DNA of 63,240 bases, counting the filler, from Octopus bimaculoides (lineage: Eukaryota): NCBI RefSeq assembly GCF_001194135.2. It is 12 parts of 10 records of this genome, joined end to end, with 100 filler letters (N's around TTAATTAATTAA, not from the genome) between each part and the next. Parts side by side here need not be neighbours in the genome. Positions count along the whole stretch, not along the records: positions 1 to 5,662 come from NC_068998.1; positions 5,763 to 10,780 come from NC_068989.1; positions 10,881 to 27,040 come from NC_068984.1; 9 more parts are not named here. One strand, given 5' to 3'. Within the stretch, counting starts at the first letter, position 1, and every line of letters begins with the position of its first letter. The position numbers and the translations under genes were made by a program. Under the pieces are notes generated by a model, which ran no database searches, was not told the DNA's origin, and saw only the letters and a program-made list of their open reading frames with translations. Of the stretch, positions 1 to 11,313 are shown piece by piece.

Positions 1-125
1 TTCTGTTGAAGAGCGTAGCTCGAAACGTCAAAGACTTTCCGTATTCCCGAGCGTCATACTAATATATCCTTTTGTTATTTACACCACCTGTCCTCGTCTG
101 TTGTTATTATTTGTATATTCTCCCA
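1..125. mobile_element. Probable Penelope-like element terminus
   Basis: ctgttgaagagcgtagctcgaaacgtc resembles the CTGAAGA...CGAAACGT end motif of PLEs; it is followed by (TA)n. Confidence 0.35.
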
Positions 126-989
126 TATATATATATATATATATATATATGACAAAGTTCCTATTTCATAATATCATAGCAGTTAATCTTTGCTTAGAAT
201 TCCATGTAAATCTATGTATGTCCAAACTTTCAATCAGAATCAGATATCAACCATAATTTGTTCTCCGATTTCGTTTGATATTATATATATTTGAACAGAT
301 TACAGCGTGTATACTCAAGCTCAAAATAAGCCTGAAGATTCGGTTACAAAATTTTTATTATGACATCAACGTTTATATGTGTTGCACTAGCATTACACAA
401 TCTTTATATGTGTTGCACTAGCATATTGTAGAATGCCATGCGGTAATTTTAACAAAGACAATGATTGTCCAACCGTCTATATAACAATTAACGCATAGCA
501 TAGAGGACTACGCTAGTGAAACACGTACAAATATTAGATAGTTCATGATATCATAATAAAAATCTTGTAACTGAATCTCTAGTTTTATTTACACACACAC
601 ACCCTCATACACACACACTCGTACATACAAACATATATCTGTGTAGTTCAAATTCCTGTGAAACATAAATCTTGAACATATCCGCTAACACACAATTTTT
701 AATCCTGAGCAAAACATTTTATCAGCTTGTACTTCTCATCTTTGTTCATTTCTAACTTCAATTTTCGTTTCTCTATATCTCTTAGTCTTCCTACCGATTT
801 CGTAGTCTAAGGATTTCTCTATAGACTTAATCCTGCGGTGTTTTATTCCGGTCTTCTAAGAATTTGTCTAATGTTCTGTATTTTCTCTTCTTCAATCCTA
901 CTACGATTGGTAACTGTTGTGCTTTATTCCAATGCTCACCATTTGTGGTTGCCTAACAATGGTGGATTCCTTTAATCTACTTTAGACAT

Positions 990-1203
990 TGGTTACAAAT
1001 TTTTGCACAAGGCCGACAATTCCGGTGGAGGGAGTAAGTCGATTACATCGACCTCAGTCCTCAACTGGTACTTATTTTATCGACCCCGAGAGGATGAAAG
1101 ACAAAGTCGACCTTGGCGGAATTTGAACCCAAAACGTAAAAACGGACGAAATACCGTAAAGCATTTTGTCTGGCGCGGTAACACTTCTACAAGCTCGCCG
1201 TCT
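990..1203 (-). mobile_element. tRNA-derived SINE, family A (head GGCGGCGAGCTGGCAGAAACG...GTTCAAATTCCGCCGAGGTCGAC)
   Basis: Reverse complement of the copies at 6553, 52149 and 56905; A/B-box-like head plus gcctttcatcctttcggggtcgataaa core. Confidence 0.9.
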
Positions 1204-1899
1204 TGAATCTACTTCTGATGTTGATAAGTAAACGTCTAAATGTTTATTAGATGCCTAGTTTAACTCTACAACCTGACTCCTTGGGTATCTTTGATGAGGT
1301 TCACTCTGTTGCAAACCTTTAGGTCACATTTTCGGTTTGAGGATATCTTCTCCTTTTCCAAGTTTCAGAGACTCTTAAAAGAGCACGTGCACCGCCTTTC
1401 CCTTCTAACTAAATGTAAAAAAAAAAAAAAACACAAAGCACAGAAGATTTCATGTTTGATTTGAATAGTTTAAACGTTTTGTTTTTGTTCGTTTAACGTG
1501 TGATCTTTCTTCACAAAATCTCCAGAGCCATCAAAGTCAAACATGCTTTCCAAGATTCGTTATGCATCTTCCATTCTTCTTGTTGGCGATACTTCCCAGA
1601 AAGCAGATGTCGATATCTCCCAATGATAAACAACTGATTATGACTGTGTTATATATATTTTTTCTAAATTTTAGTTGCTTATATTTTTAGACTTTTTCAT
1701 TTAACCTTATAAACCTTCAGACCAAAGTTCAGTTATATTTTTATTATCATTTGTTCTTTTATACGTTCGTTGATAGAAATGTTACAGAAATTCTGTCCTC
1801 TGCAAAGACCAGGTAGACCGTACAATAATTGAGCGGATTGAGAATAAGTAAATACACACGCTGACAAGTCAATGTCCAACCTACATTTTAACTCTTTTC

Positions 1900-2165
1900 T
1901 CTCTCCCTCTTACGATCGACCTTTACATGATAAATCGTTGACAAGAATGAAAATATTGACATTAGGCACTCATGCCTAATTCTAGTCTTAATTTCAAAAG
2001 ACTCTGACAGTTCTTCTGTACGGATTAGTTTATCTGCCAGGTTCTCGGGCATTTTTTTCAATAAGTGTATCTCTTTTATTCTGGAATTTCATGACGCAGT
2101 AGTTTCCAAAGACTTTCTCTATCCAAGCTGTCAAAAGCTTTTTTCAAAGTCCACAAGGTTGATGC
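1900..2165 (-). mobile_element. Degenerate RTE-type LINE reverse transcriptase fragment
   Basis: Translates to LKKAFDSLDRESLWKLLRH and SESFEIKTRIRHECL (compare F.KAFDS and F.VKTGVRQGC RT motifs). Confidence 0.75.
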
Positions 2166-2468
2166 ACGGTGAAGAATTCTATTCAAATTATTGATTATAT
2201 ATACTGTACACACAGACACACATACGCGCATACATGTGCATATACACTCACACAAATATATGCATGTATGCATGCATACACACAAATGTATATATGGAAT
2301 CATATATATATATACATACATACGTACATACATTTTATATCCGTGTATGTTTGAGCGAGTACTTAATTGAATCCGCTCGTATGCAGTCTACTAAAAGACT
2401 GAACAAATCTTTAGATATGTAACCTTGTCTATTTTGCGAATGGCAGACACATCCACACATGATAAACA

Positions 2469-2516
<48 letters not shown>

Positions 2517-3386
2517 NNNNNNNNNNNNNNNNNNNNNNNNNNNNNNNNNNNNNNNNNNNNNNNNNNNNNNNNNNNNNNNNNNNNNNNNNNNNNNNNNNNN
2601 NNNNNNNNNNNNNNNNNNNNNNNNNNNNNNNNNNNNNNNNNNNNNNNNNNNNNNNNNNNNNNNNNNNNNNNNNNNNNNNNNNNNNNNNNNNNNNNNNNNN
2701 NNNNNNNNNNNNNNNNNNNNNNNNNNNNNNNNNNNNNNNNNNNNNNNNNNNNNNNNNNNNNNNNNNNNNNNNNNNNNNNNNNNNNNNNNNNNNNNNNNNN
2801 NNNNNNNNNNNNNNNNNNNNNNNNNNNNNNNNNNNNNNNNNNNNNNNNNNNNNNNNNNNNNNNNNNNNNNNNNNNNNNNNNNNNNNNNNNNNNNNNNNNN
2901 NNNNNNNNNNNNNNNNNNNNNNNNNNNNNNNNNNNNNNNNNNNNNNNNNNNNNNNNNNNNNNNNNNNNNNNNNNNNNNNNNNNNNNNNNNNNNNNNNNNN
3001 NNNNNNNNNNNNNNNNNNNNNNNNNNNNNNNNNNNNNNNNNNNNNNNNNNNNNNNNNNNNNNNNNNNNNNNNNNNNNNNNNNNNNNNNNNNNNNNNNNNN
3101 NNNNNNNNNNNNNNNNNNNNNNNNNNNNNNNNNNNNNNNNNNNNNNNNNNNNNNNNNNNNNNNNNNNNNNNNNNNNNNNNNNNNNNNNNNNNNNNNNNNN
3201 NNNNNNNNNNNNNNNNNNNNNNNNNNNNNNNNNNNNNNNNNNNNNNNNNNNNNNNNNNNNNNNNNNNNNNNNNNNNNNNNNNNNNNNNNNNNNNNNNNNN
3301 NNNNNNNNNNNNNNNNNNNNNNNNNNNNNNNNNNNNNNNNNNNNNNNNNNNNNNNNNNNNNNNNNNNNNNNNNNNNNNNNNNNNNN

Positions 3387-3625
3387 TGTGTGTGTATATG
3401 TTTGCGTGTCTGTGTTTGTCCCCCCAACATCGTTTGACAACCGATGGTGGTGTGTTTACGTCCCCGTAACTTAGTGGTTCGGCAAAAGAAACTGATAAAA
3501 TAAGTACTAGGCTTCCAAAAAGAATAAGTCCTGAGGTCGATTTGCTTGACTAAAGGCGGTGCTCCAGCATGGCCGCAGTCAAATGACTGAAACAAGTAAA
3601 AGAGTAAAAGAGTAAAAGAGTAAAA
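3387..3625 (+). mobile_element. SINE tail module B (ccaacatcgtttgacaaccg...cgactaaaggcggtgctccagcatggccgcagtcaaatgactgaaacaagtaaaaga)
   Basis: More than 10 similar copies in the window (7270, 10160-, 27170, 39975-, 52475-, 52860-, 54135-, 56520); ends in (GTAAAAGA)n. Confidence 0.9.
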
Positions 3626-3739
3626 AGAGATATATATAATATATATATAAGTAAACTGACCTGAAATGATTGATGTGTGAAGCATCCTGTCCTATTTAAA
3701 AATTTACGTTATACAAAGGTTAAATCCAATTCTCGAATC

Positions 3740-3960
3740 CTCCTTCAGGTGCGGTCTGTTCTATCAACTTTTTCACAACGAATTTCACCTCGTCTATGCT
3801 ATCAAATCGTTGTTCCTGAAAACTGCTCTTCAATGGGCTGAATAGATGAAAGTTTGAAGGTGCCAGATCCAGGCTATACAGTGGGTGAGGAACCACTTAC
3901 TAGCTCAGTTTGCTGACTTCCAGATTAATTACTACTGATTTTGTGTGATTGTGCGATGTC
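3740..3960 (-). mobile_element. Mariner transposase C-terminal remnant
   Basis: The minus strand reads PHPLYSLDLAPSNFHLFSPLKSSFQEQRFDSIDEVK (compare HPPYSPDLAPSDFHLF). Confidence 0.85.
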
Positions 3961-4799
3961 ATGGTGAATATAGCTCGTTTACAGATTCCTGTTCGCTCTC
4001 TTCATCTTGACGGCTTCTTCAAGCTTTCTGAGTGTCTTAATATACAGTTTATACTGAAAAATTTAATGTTATGAAGAAGAACTTTAACCTGATATAATTC
4101 TGACATAATTCTGAAATGTTATATGAATAGAGTTTCTCCAAGATTTTTACACCGATGATTTTTACACATCTGTCGGGATACATAAATTCGCAAAACACTA
4201 TCAGATAGTAACACGAGTAAAAACAACAAGCCAGAATAATAAAAATCTTCATTAATGGGTTAGAGAAAGGCTATTTACACCTATTTATTGAATAATCTTG
4301 ACTAAAATTCTATAAAGATATTCTAACTATTTTGTACCACAACAGAGCATTGAAACAAAGCAGGGATGTTACGCTATTTGACTATGCTTACACCATTTCG
4401 TTTCGCTTAATCATAATGTTTATACTGCCGTTTAATAGTTAGAGAAGTCACTCGACTGTCACATTATACGATATAAAATATATATATATATTCAAGTCCA
4501 ACAAAAGAAAAAAAACCTATTTTTCAATATCCGTTGAGAAAACCAGCAGGTATTCAGCATAATATATCCTTCGGAAATATTTCATATAGCCAAAAACAAC
4601 TCTCTTCACTGAGTTAATCAGTAGCCCACAATGTTTTTTTCTGAATCAATACTCACACCAGTGTCTGTACGAACTGAATTGATGTTAGATGAAATCGAGC
4701 CTATCGTTGTTAAACTATTACTGTCAGAAAATTTCAGGCCAATAATGATACTGCCGCTCTTTTCCTAAAACAAAGTGGCAGAAGCTTAACATAGATTCA

Positions 4800-5290
4800 A
4801 ACATCTTTCGAGTGTTGAATCATATCCCTGGTACAGTCTCAGTAAACCACCAAGTGTTGAAATAAATCGTTGGATTGAGTTGGCGTACATGACATGCAAA
4901 GCATCATGAGAAATGAAAAGGAACTGCTCGGAAAGTATTCTGTTGTTGGTCACTGAGGATACACGTGTGATGAAGTTACAGTGATCTACCACAGTATAAT
5001 ATATTGGGTGTGTGCTTAAGAAGCTCGCTTTGCAAGCACGGGGTTTCAGGTCCAATCTTTCGTCCGGCAGAGGACCGAATATGGAGAAAGGAAACGACCT
5101 AAGAAGAAGCTACGAGATACTGAACTCGAACTAAATTTTTAGATTTGTACCCGTGATCATTGGAGGACTGAAGTATGCAGATAATTGTCTCAGCGCTAAT
5201 CCATAAGGACCTGAGTCTCACAAAACCATAGAAGATACGGATAATTAGGAAATTACAATTAAGAGTCATTAATGAACTGCGAAATTATGT
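4800..5290 (+). pseudogene. Possible decayed RLE-type non-LTR retrotransposon C-terminus, interrupted by a SINE head at about 5000-5055
   Basis: Fragments PWYSLSKPPSVEIN and DLRRSYEILNS..FRFVPVIIGGL resemble restriction-like-endonuclease LINE C-termini; many stops. Confidence 0.3.
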
Positions 5291-5607
5291 ATCAGATTTC
5301 AATATATGTATAAACATAACGTGAATGTACACATGTATAAGTAAAATCATATAAATTAGAACACATAATGGCGCACACACACATGTATATGAATGTATAT
5401 ATACAAAGTGATACATATGTGCGGGAATACATATATATATATATATATATATATACAGACATACACTTGTATACATACAAGACTAAACTTAAGTCCCAGC
5501 ATAAGCTAAATATATTACACACACACATACATACACATATATATTCATACACACATGTACACAGATACATAAATACATAAATATATACACACACATTATT
5601 ACATATA

Positions 5608-5662
<55 letters not shown>

Positions 5663-5762
5663 NNNNNNNNNNNNNNNNNNNNNNNNNNNNNNNNNNNNNN
5701 NNNNNNTTAATTAATTAANNNNNNNNNNNNNNNNNNNNNNNNNNNNNNNNNNNNNNNNNNNN

Positions 5763-5807
<45 letters not shown>

Positions 5808-6054
5808 ATGTGGGTGGAATGTAAATCCAAAGCATACATGAAATTAAATTCATGCACAGACATACACAATTTTACACAACTCACGCATACATCCGCATAC
5901 GATTTTTTGAATGTATTTCTCCGAGTTGAGGCAACCAAGGGAGATAATTCTGTTTTATTTGCGAAAATAGAAAGAAAAAAAGGAAATCGAAACGTGATGT
6001 TTGGCTGGTTGTAAACTTTTGACATGTTTGTAATTATTATCATCAATTTTTTCA

Positions 6055-6250
6055 AATTTTAGCACAAGGCTAGTATTCTTATTAGGTGGTGGTTACTCGA
6101 TTGTGTCGACCTCGGTACTTGACTGTTACTCTATCTTATCGACTCCAAACACACGAAAGTTAAATGTTGAGTTCGATGGGATTTGAACTTCGAACGTAAG
6201 GATCCAAAAGAAATACTGCTAAATATTTTGGCCGATCTGCTACCGATTCG
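6055..6250 (-). mobile_element. SINE family A, degraded
   Basis: gtcgacctcggtacttgactg and gggatttgaacttcgaacgtaag match family A in reverse. Confidence 0.75.
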
Positions 6251-6552
6251 GCCATATATATGCGGATGAAACGGAAACCAAAGATGCTTGAAACAGCCAA
6301 CAGAGTATCATAGATATTTAAATGTAAACACATCAACACATCATTGAAAGATAATTGATAGCAGCATTCGTCCAGTGACAGCATCTCTTCTGGATGTGCT
6401 GTGTTAACAACTCCCATTGATGAGTGCCCCAGTAAATTACCTTTCAGCGGTTTATTTATATGTTAATTGCACATAGCAATAAAACTCGACAACTGTTAGT
6501 AGAATAGAATTCTCTCCCTTGCATCATTTGTTATTTAATATTTAATTACATA

Positions 6553-6915
6553 AAGGCGGCGAGCTGGCCGAAACGTTAGCACGCCGGGCGAAATGCTTAG
6601 CGGTATTTCGTCAGTGTTTACGTTCTGAGTTCAAATTACGCCGAGGTAGACTTTGCCTTTTATCCTTTCGGGGTCGATAACTTAAGTATCAGATGTGTAC
6701 TGAGGTCGATCTAATCGCGTTTGCCTCACCAACTATCGTTCGGAAACCGTTGATGTTTACGTCCCTGTAACTTAGCGGTTCAGTATAAGTGAACGATAGA
6801 ATGTGTACCAAGCTTTACAAAAAGTAGTAAGTACTGAGATCAATTCGTTCGACTAAAATTTTTCAAGGCGGTGCCCCAGTGTGGCCGCAGTCTAATGGTT
6901 AAAACAAGTAAAAGA
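6553..6915 (+). mobile_element. SINE family A head joined to module B tail, CpG-intact
   Basis: Near-consensus head with 12 CpGs in its first ~105 nt, followed by the B tail. Confidence 0.9.
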
Positions 6916-7099
6916 TGTAAGATAAGTATAATGTCTCTACATTATCCAATACAGGTTTCTTTTTTGTTTGTTTGTTTGTTTTTCTTTTCAAGACAGTAAG
7001 GTGTGAATCGAGAAAGGGAGAGACTTAGCTGATATTCCTAGCATATCTATCAAATATGCAGGGAGCTCATTTGTTGACTCTAAATTTTCTGTTATTGCG

Positions 7100-7480
7100 C
7101 TAATAGGCTCAGGTGTGGTAAGAAACTTGCTTCCCAACGACATGGTTTCAGGTTCAGTCTNNNNNNNNNNNNNNNNNNNNNNNNNNNNNNNNNNNNNNNN
7201 NNNNNNNNNNNNNNNNNNNNNNNNNNNNNNNNNNNNNNNNNNNNNNNNNNNNNNNNNNNNNNNNNNNNNTTTGTGTGTGTGTCTGTGTTTATCCCCCCAC
7301 CATCGCTTGACAGCCGATGTCGGTGTGTTTACGTTCTCGTAACTTAGCGGTTCGGCAAAAGAGCCGAAAGAATAAGTACTAGGCTTACAAAGAATAAGTC
7401 CTAGAGTCGAAGTGTTCGACTAAAGGTGGTGCTTCAGCATGGCCGCAGTCAAATGACTGAAACAAGTAAAGGACTAAAAG
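7100..7480 (+). mobile_element. Composite SINE: family C head (gtggtaagaagcttgcttcccaaccacatgg...) + microsatellite/gap + module B tail
   Basis: Head at 7100-7160, N gap, (TG)n, then B tail; same layout at 14870-15250 and 17780-18070. Confidence 0.85.
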
Positions 7481-7828
7481 ACTTAAGATTAATGTGTGTC
7501 TTATTAATTTTTACACTAAGTTTTCTGGAAAGGTCTTACTGCTCATGTACTGTTACATAATTCACGATTTAATCAAGAAAAATTGCAATCATTTATCACG
7601 TGTTACTGGTACATTTATCCGTTCGATTTTAGAAAATTAAAACTAAACAGTTCCAAAGCATGATGGAATGATTTAAAATAAACGTAAGTGAATGAAGTGA
7701 CTCTAGTTTATCTTTTATGACTAGAGACTGTTTCTATGACGTTTTACACAAACATTTGTTTCTATGACACATTGGTTTTTCTTTGTTTTTACCATGGCAT
7801 GCTATTTAATTTTCGAAACGTTTCCATC

Positions 7829-9220
7829 ATGGCAAGAACTTCATATTCTGAAAAGGAATTGTTCACTCGTTTAAGAAGTTCTTCTCCAAGCAGTCTTTCG
7901 TTTCAAGGCATATTCTCGGAAATAAAATCGGGGAAGGTCTTAGGTTATCAACTACAAGTGAAGATAGAAAATGAGCAATTAACAATTACATCTTATTCCA
8001 CAGAAGGTCGTTCTAAAGCAGAAACTATTTCACTATCACATGTTTGCCTGGATATCTTTGATGAAGAGACACGAAGATTTTGTATACATTTTAAAAATGG
8101 CGGATTAAGAGTATTTCAATTGTGTGTCAATAAATCGACGTCTCCAAATTATACCTGGCGAGATCTAGTCACTGTTATAAGACGACTCTCCGTCCGTAAG
8201 GTAAAACCCTTGGTTGGCAAATCTGTTGAGCTTTCAACTCGTATTACTTGCTCGGAAACAGCACCGGGAGCGCTTTTCTCTCGTCATCATATTGATCAGA
8301 ATATTATATTTGAATATTTCTTCGTCGAACTTAATCTCAAAGGTATAGGAATTAATCAGTTGTACCTTGGTCTCACAGACGAGTTTTTTCTTACAGCATC
8401 GCAGACTTTGAATTACTTGACACTTCAAGAACAGATTCCTTTACAAAATGTCACAATTTTTATAATAAGCCATACTTTTCGAAGAATAGGTATTTTTATA
8501 AGAAATGACACTTTCAGAATATTCGAAATGTGTAATTTTAGTGAAAAAGACAAAAACCTGATATACTGGAATCAGCTCGTTGATATTATAAACTTAAAAG
8601 ATCAAGAGGCACCAACCGTTAAACACACATGTTCAGATAAATCCTTATTAACCACTATCCGTTCTAAAGATTCAGGTGTAAACACAGACGGGAATAATAA
8701 CATCTATTTCGGTGATTCAGAAGATCAACCAGATATTGATTTATTAACAGATATTCAATATCTATTTGAACTTCGAGAGGATGAAAGGTATTCTTCAACG
8801 TTTACCGATAAAAAGCCGCAATACTTTGTTGGTGCTTTTTGGAATACGTCACACGAAGCTACTCGCAATTCTATGTTGCGTAAATGGGCATCCTGCCCAG
8901 AAATTCACAAATGTGCTCCAGTGTCAAGGAATATGGTTGAAATGGTGCCTAGTATAACAAAATCATCTTCTTTTACATTTTTAGGCAGTGACAACGAAAA
9001 CTTGAATCTTCACATTCAATGTTCCTACGATAAATTTATAGACGAAATCAACGATAACACCTTGTTGGCCTTGAGTAGAAAGATCATGCTAGTGCAAGGT
9101 TATAAAAAGGATATTAAAAAGGTAAATACCTCTTCATATTCTTTTTATTCTGTTCAGTTGTCTGCACCTTTAACGTGGTTCCACTGTTTATTCCAGCAAC
9201 TGGATGAAAGAAGTGGGTGA
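7829..9220 (+). CDS. Intronless ORF (463 aa from ATG 7829; 494 aa from 7736) with two tandem GARIN/FAM71 (DUF3699)-like PH-fold domains and a low-complexity C-terminal region
   Basis: A 1.48-kb stop-free frame in AT-rich DNA. ATG 7829 has a good Kozak context (catcATGG). Residues 55-151 align to 191-287 at offset 136. Motifs FEYFFVELNLKG, IPLQNVTI, FQLC and YWNQLVDII match my recollection of the GARIN consensus (FESDFIQINRRG...LLPLKFV...LQLC...YWEKLIYLL). The family call is from memory. Confidence 0.75.
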   Translation: MARTSYSEKELFTRLRSSSPSSLSFQGIFSEIKSGKVLGYQLQVKIENEQLTITSYSTEGRSKAETISLSHVCLDIFDEETRRFCIHFKNGGLRVFQLCVNKSTSPNYTWRDLVTVIRRLSVRKVKPLVGKSVELSTRITCSETAPGALFSRHHIDQNIIFEYFFVELNLKGIGINQLYLGLTDEFFLTASQTLNYLTLQEQIPLQNVTIFIISHTFRRIGIFIRNDTFRIFEMCNFSEKDKNLIYWNQLVDIINLKDQEAPTVKHTCSDKSLLTTIRSKDSGVNTDGNNNIYFGDSEDQPDIDLLTDIQYLFELREDERYSSTFTDKKPQYFVGAFWNTSHEATRNSMLRKWASCPEIHKCAPVSRNMVEMVPSITKSSSFTFLGSDNENLNLHIQCSYDKFIDEINDNTLLALSRKIMLVQGYKKDIKKVNTSSYSFYSVQLSAPLTWFHCLFQQLDERSG

Positions 9221-9221
9221 C

Positions 9222-9440
9222 CCCTTCGGTCATGAATGACCATGAGATTGCACCTAGAAAGTTACTCTCCGAGGCACAAATCCGGGCAGGGTTGTTTATC
9301 GAAGACCAGCAGTCACCCATACATATCAGCCTCCCCTCTCCACGCCACTGATGTTATTCAAGGGAAAGGCAAAGGCCGATACAGCTTGGCATCAGTGACG
9401 TCGCAACTCATTTCTACAGCTGATGGAACTGGGGCGACGT
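9222..9440 (-). mobile_element. SINE family D body
   Basis: Reverse complement of 27490-27685 (gaaatgagttgcgac...gctgtatcggcc...ctgctggtcttccataaacaa). Confidence 0.85.
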
Positions 9441-9442
9441 GA

Positions 9443-9950
9443 AATATTATTATTATTATTATTGAGTGAGAGAGCAGTGCATGCCATCAAAGTGACACTG
9501 GGGTAAAATATACGAAGCCCATTATACCCATCATGACTACCTGTCTGATAAGGGTACACCAGGCACATGCATCACAACCATATGTGCGCGACATGGTGAT
9601 CTCATATCAAGATAAACAGCGCATGACCTCGCAGGTGGGGCCCAGTTAGAATTTTCTTCAGATCGAGTAGCTCATTCCGCTCAAAGGGTCCCTGAATAAG
9701 GTTTGTTTAAGGATGTTGAGCAAAACACCCATGTTTCCAAAGGTGAATTATTCAAACCCCAAAGAATTCCTATTAACACATGGCTATGATGCTCCCCAAC
9801 TACTTCTGCTCATGATCAGAGTTGCACATATCGTCAGCCACCAAGGGACATGCTCAACTGGTTAAGGTCAAGCAACTGACAAGCATATCTCTGGTATTAA
9901 ACAGAATATTTGCTGTAGCCCATCCCGCTCAAAAGGTCCCTGAATAAGCA
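9443..9950 (-). mobile_element. Probable LINE 3' end with (TAA)n tail
   Basis: An (ATT)n run followed by about 500 nt of higher-GC non-coding sequence containing an internal repeat (cccgctcaaaaggtccctgaataag twice). Interpretation is inferred. Confidence 0.4.
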
Positions 9951-9964
9951 ACGTGATATAGTGG

Positions 9965-10062
9965 TTTGGGATGGAGAAGAGAAACTGTGTACACGCAACC
10001 CGGTTCGGGAATCGAACTCACAACTTCACGATCGTAAGCTTTAACCACTGAGCCATGCGCCT
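9965..10062 (-). mobile_element. tRNA-like SINE head (family D/E)
   Basis: The minus strand reads ggcgcatggctcagtggttaaagc...gagttcgattcccg, with A and B boxes but no full cloverleaf. Confidence 0.7.
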
Positions 10063-10319
10063 CCACTCCAGCAACTACACCTTATTCAAGATGTTCGCAG
10101 CATCGAGCTCCTTTCTCCACCAGTAATTCCACAAACCACGCTTGGCATTTATCTTTTCGTTTACTTTTACTTGATTCAGTCATTAGAGGGCAGCAACACT
10201 GGTGCACTGCTTTGAAGAATTTTAGTCGAACGAGTCGACACCAAGGCTTATTTCTCCTCTTAAGCCTGCTACTTATACTATCGGTCTTATATGCCGAACC
10301 GCTCAGTTACGGAGATCGT

Positions 10320-10734
10320 GCTTTGTGAATGACCAAGTTCTGAAGACAGTGTACGAGAGATTGTGCTTGGCTGTTGTTCAGCCGTGTCAAATAAGGCTTC
10401 GTCTTCCGCAACAGAAAGTCTTCTTGATCGGGGTTCAGACTAACATTTCTTGAAACGTCTGAACTAGTTTTGTGTCACACGCTCCTTGACAGTTCCCGGA
10501 CCATACAAATCATAAACTTCTTTTGCAGCTATCCTTGCACTCAGTCTTTTCCCTCACAGACAGTGTAAAATGGCTCTAATTGCAATTTTTCAACACTCGT
10601 TATCAATAGTTAAAAAAACCCAAACATAAACAACTCAACAATGATTAGACAAGGTGTGCCAAATTAACGATATTATATGAATATGCAAGTTCTCAAAAAT
10701 CAAGTGGAAATCCGGAAAACTTTTGGCTCAAGCT

Positions 10735-10738
<4 letters not shown>
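10320..10738 (-). mobile_element. Mariner transposase N-terminal (HTH) remnant
   Basis: The minus strand reads LSARIAAKEVYDLYGPGTVKERVTQN*FRRFK (W mutated to stop). Confidence 0.75.
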
Positions 10739-10780
<42 letters not shown>

Positions 10781-10824
10781 NNNNNNNNNNNNNNNNNNNN
10801 NNNNNNNNNNNNNNNNNNNNNNNN

Positions 10825-10836
10825 TTAATTAATTAA
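10825..10836. other. Assembly spacer TTAATTAATTAA inside N gap (not biological)
   Basis: The identical 12-mer, with stops in all six frames, is flanked by Ns at 5707, 10825, 27085, 30658, 40249, 47988, 52722, 55173, 56766, 59035 and 60398. Confidence 0.95.
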
Positions 10837-10880
10837 NNNNNNNNNNNNNNNNNNNNNNNNNNNNNNNNNNNNNNNNNNNN

Positions 10881-11220
10881 CAACCCTCACCTTACTGGCC
10901 GCATCTCTGTACATGGCTCGCACAGCTCTCACTAGCCATTCTTCTATCCCAAGTTTCCTCATTGACCACCAGATAAGGGATCGGGGGACCCTGTCAAAGG
11001 CTTTCTCCATGTCAACGAAAGCCAGGTACAGAGGTTTATCCTTGGCTAGGTATTTCTCTTGCAACTGTCTCACTAGAAATAAGGCATCAGTAGTGCTTTT
11101 ACCTGGCACGAACCCAAACTGCATCTCATCTAAATTGATTCGCTCCCTAATTAGTTGGGCTATGACCCTCTCTGTAACTTTCATAACCTGATCTAACAGC
11201 TTGATGCCTCTGTAATTATT
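10881..11220 (-). mobile_element. RTE-clade LINE reverse transcriptase fragment, frame intact
   Basis: YRGIKLL...QFGFVPGKSTTDALFLVRQLQEKY...AFVDMEKAFDRVPR; truncated by a gap. Confidence 0.95.
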
Positions 11221-11313
11221 TGTATGTATGTATGTATGCATATATCCTTTGAATTCTGATGTTTTATCTGATTATAAAGAAGTTAGCACTTACCTACCTT
11301 TTCTTCTTTTCAG

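Noticed and set aside
640-950. Purine-rich minus-strand segment resembling a decayed LINE ORF end
   Set aside because: Multiple stops and no diagnostic motif I could confirm.
2425-3685. Long ORFs (320-418 aa) here and at 28964-29624, 37249-38330, 41950-43222, 46596-47322 and 53167-53805
   Set aside because: They run through N gaps and dinucleotide repeats; artefacts.
5707-5718. Recurrent N-flanked TTAATTAATTAA palindrome, superficially like a repeat-spacer array
   Set aside because: Artificial contig spacer; there is no CRISPR array or biological repeat.
8755-8790. cgagaggatgaaag inside the GARIN-like ORF matches the SINE A core
   Set aside because: Only ~30 nt of partial similarity; too short to claim SINE exaptation.
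9965-10062. tRNA-like sequences here and at other SINE heads
   Set aside because: They have A/B boxes but no complete cloverleaf and continue into SINE bodies; not tRNA genes.
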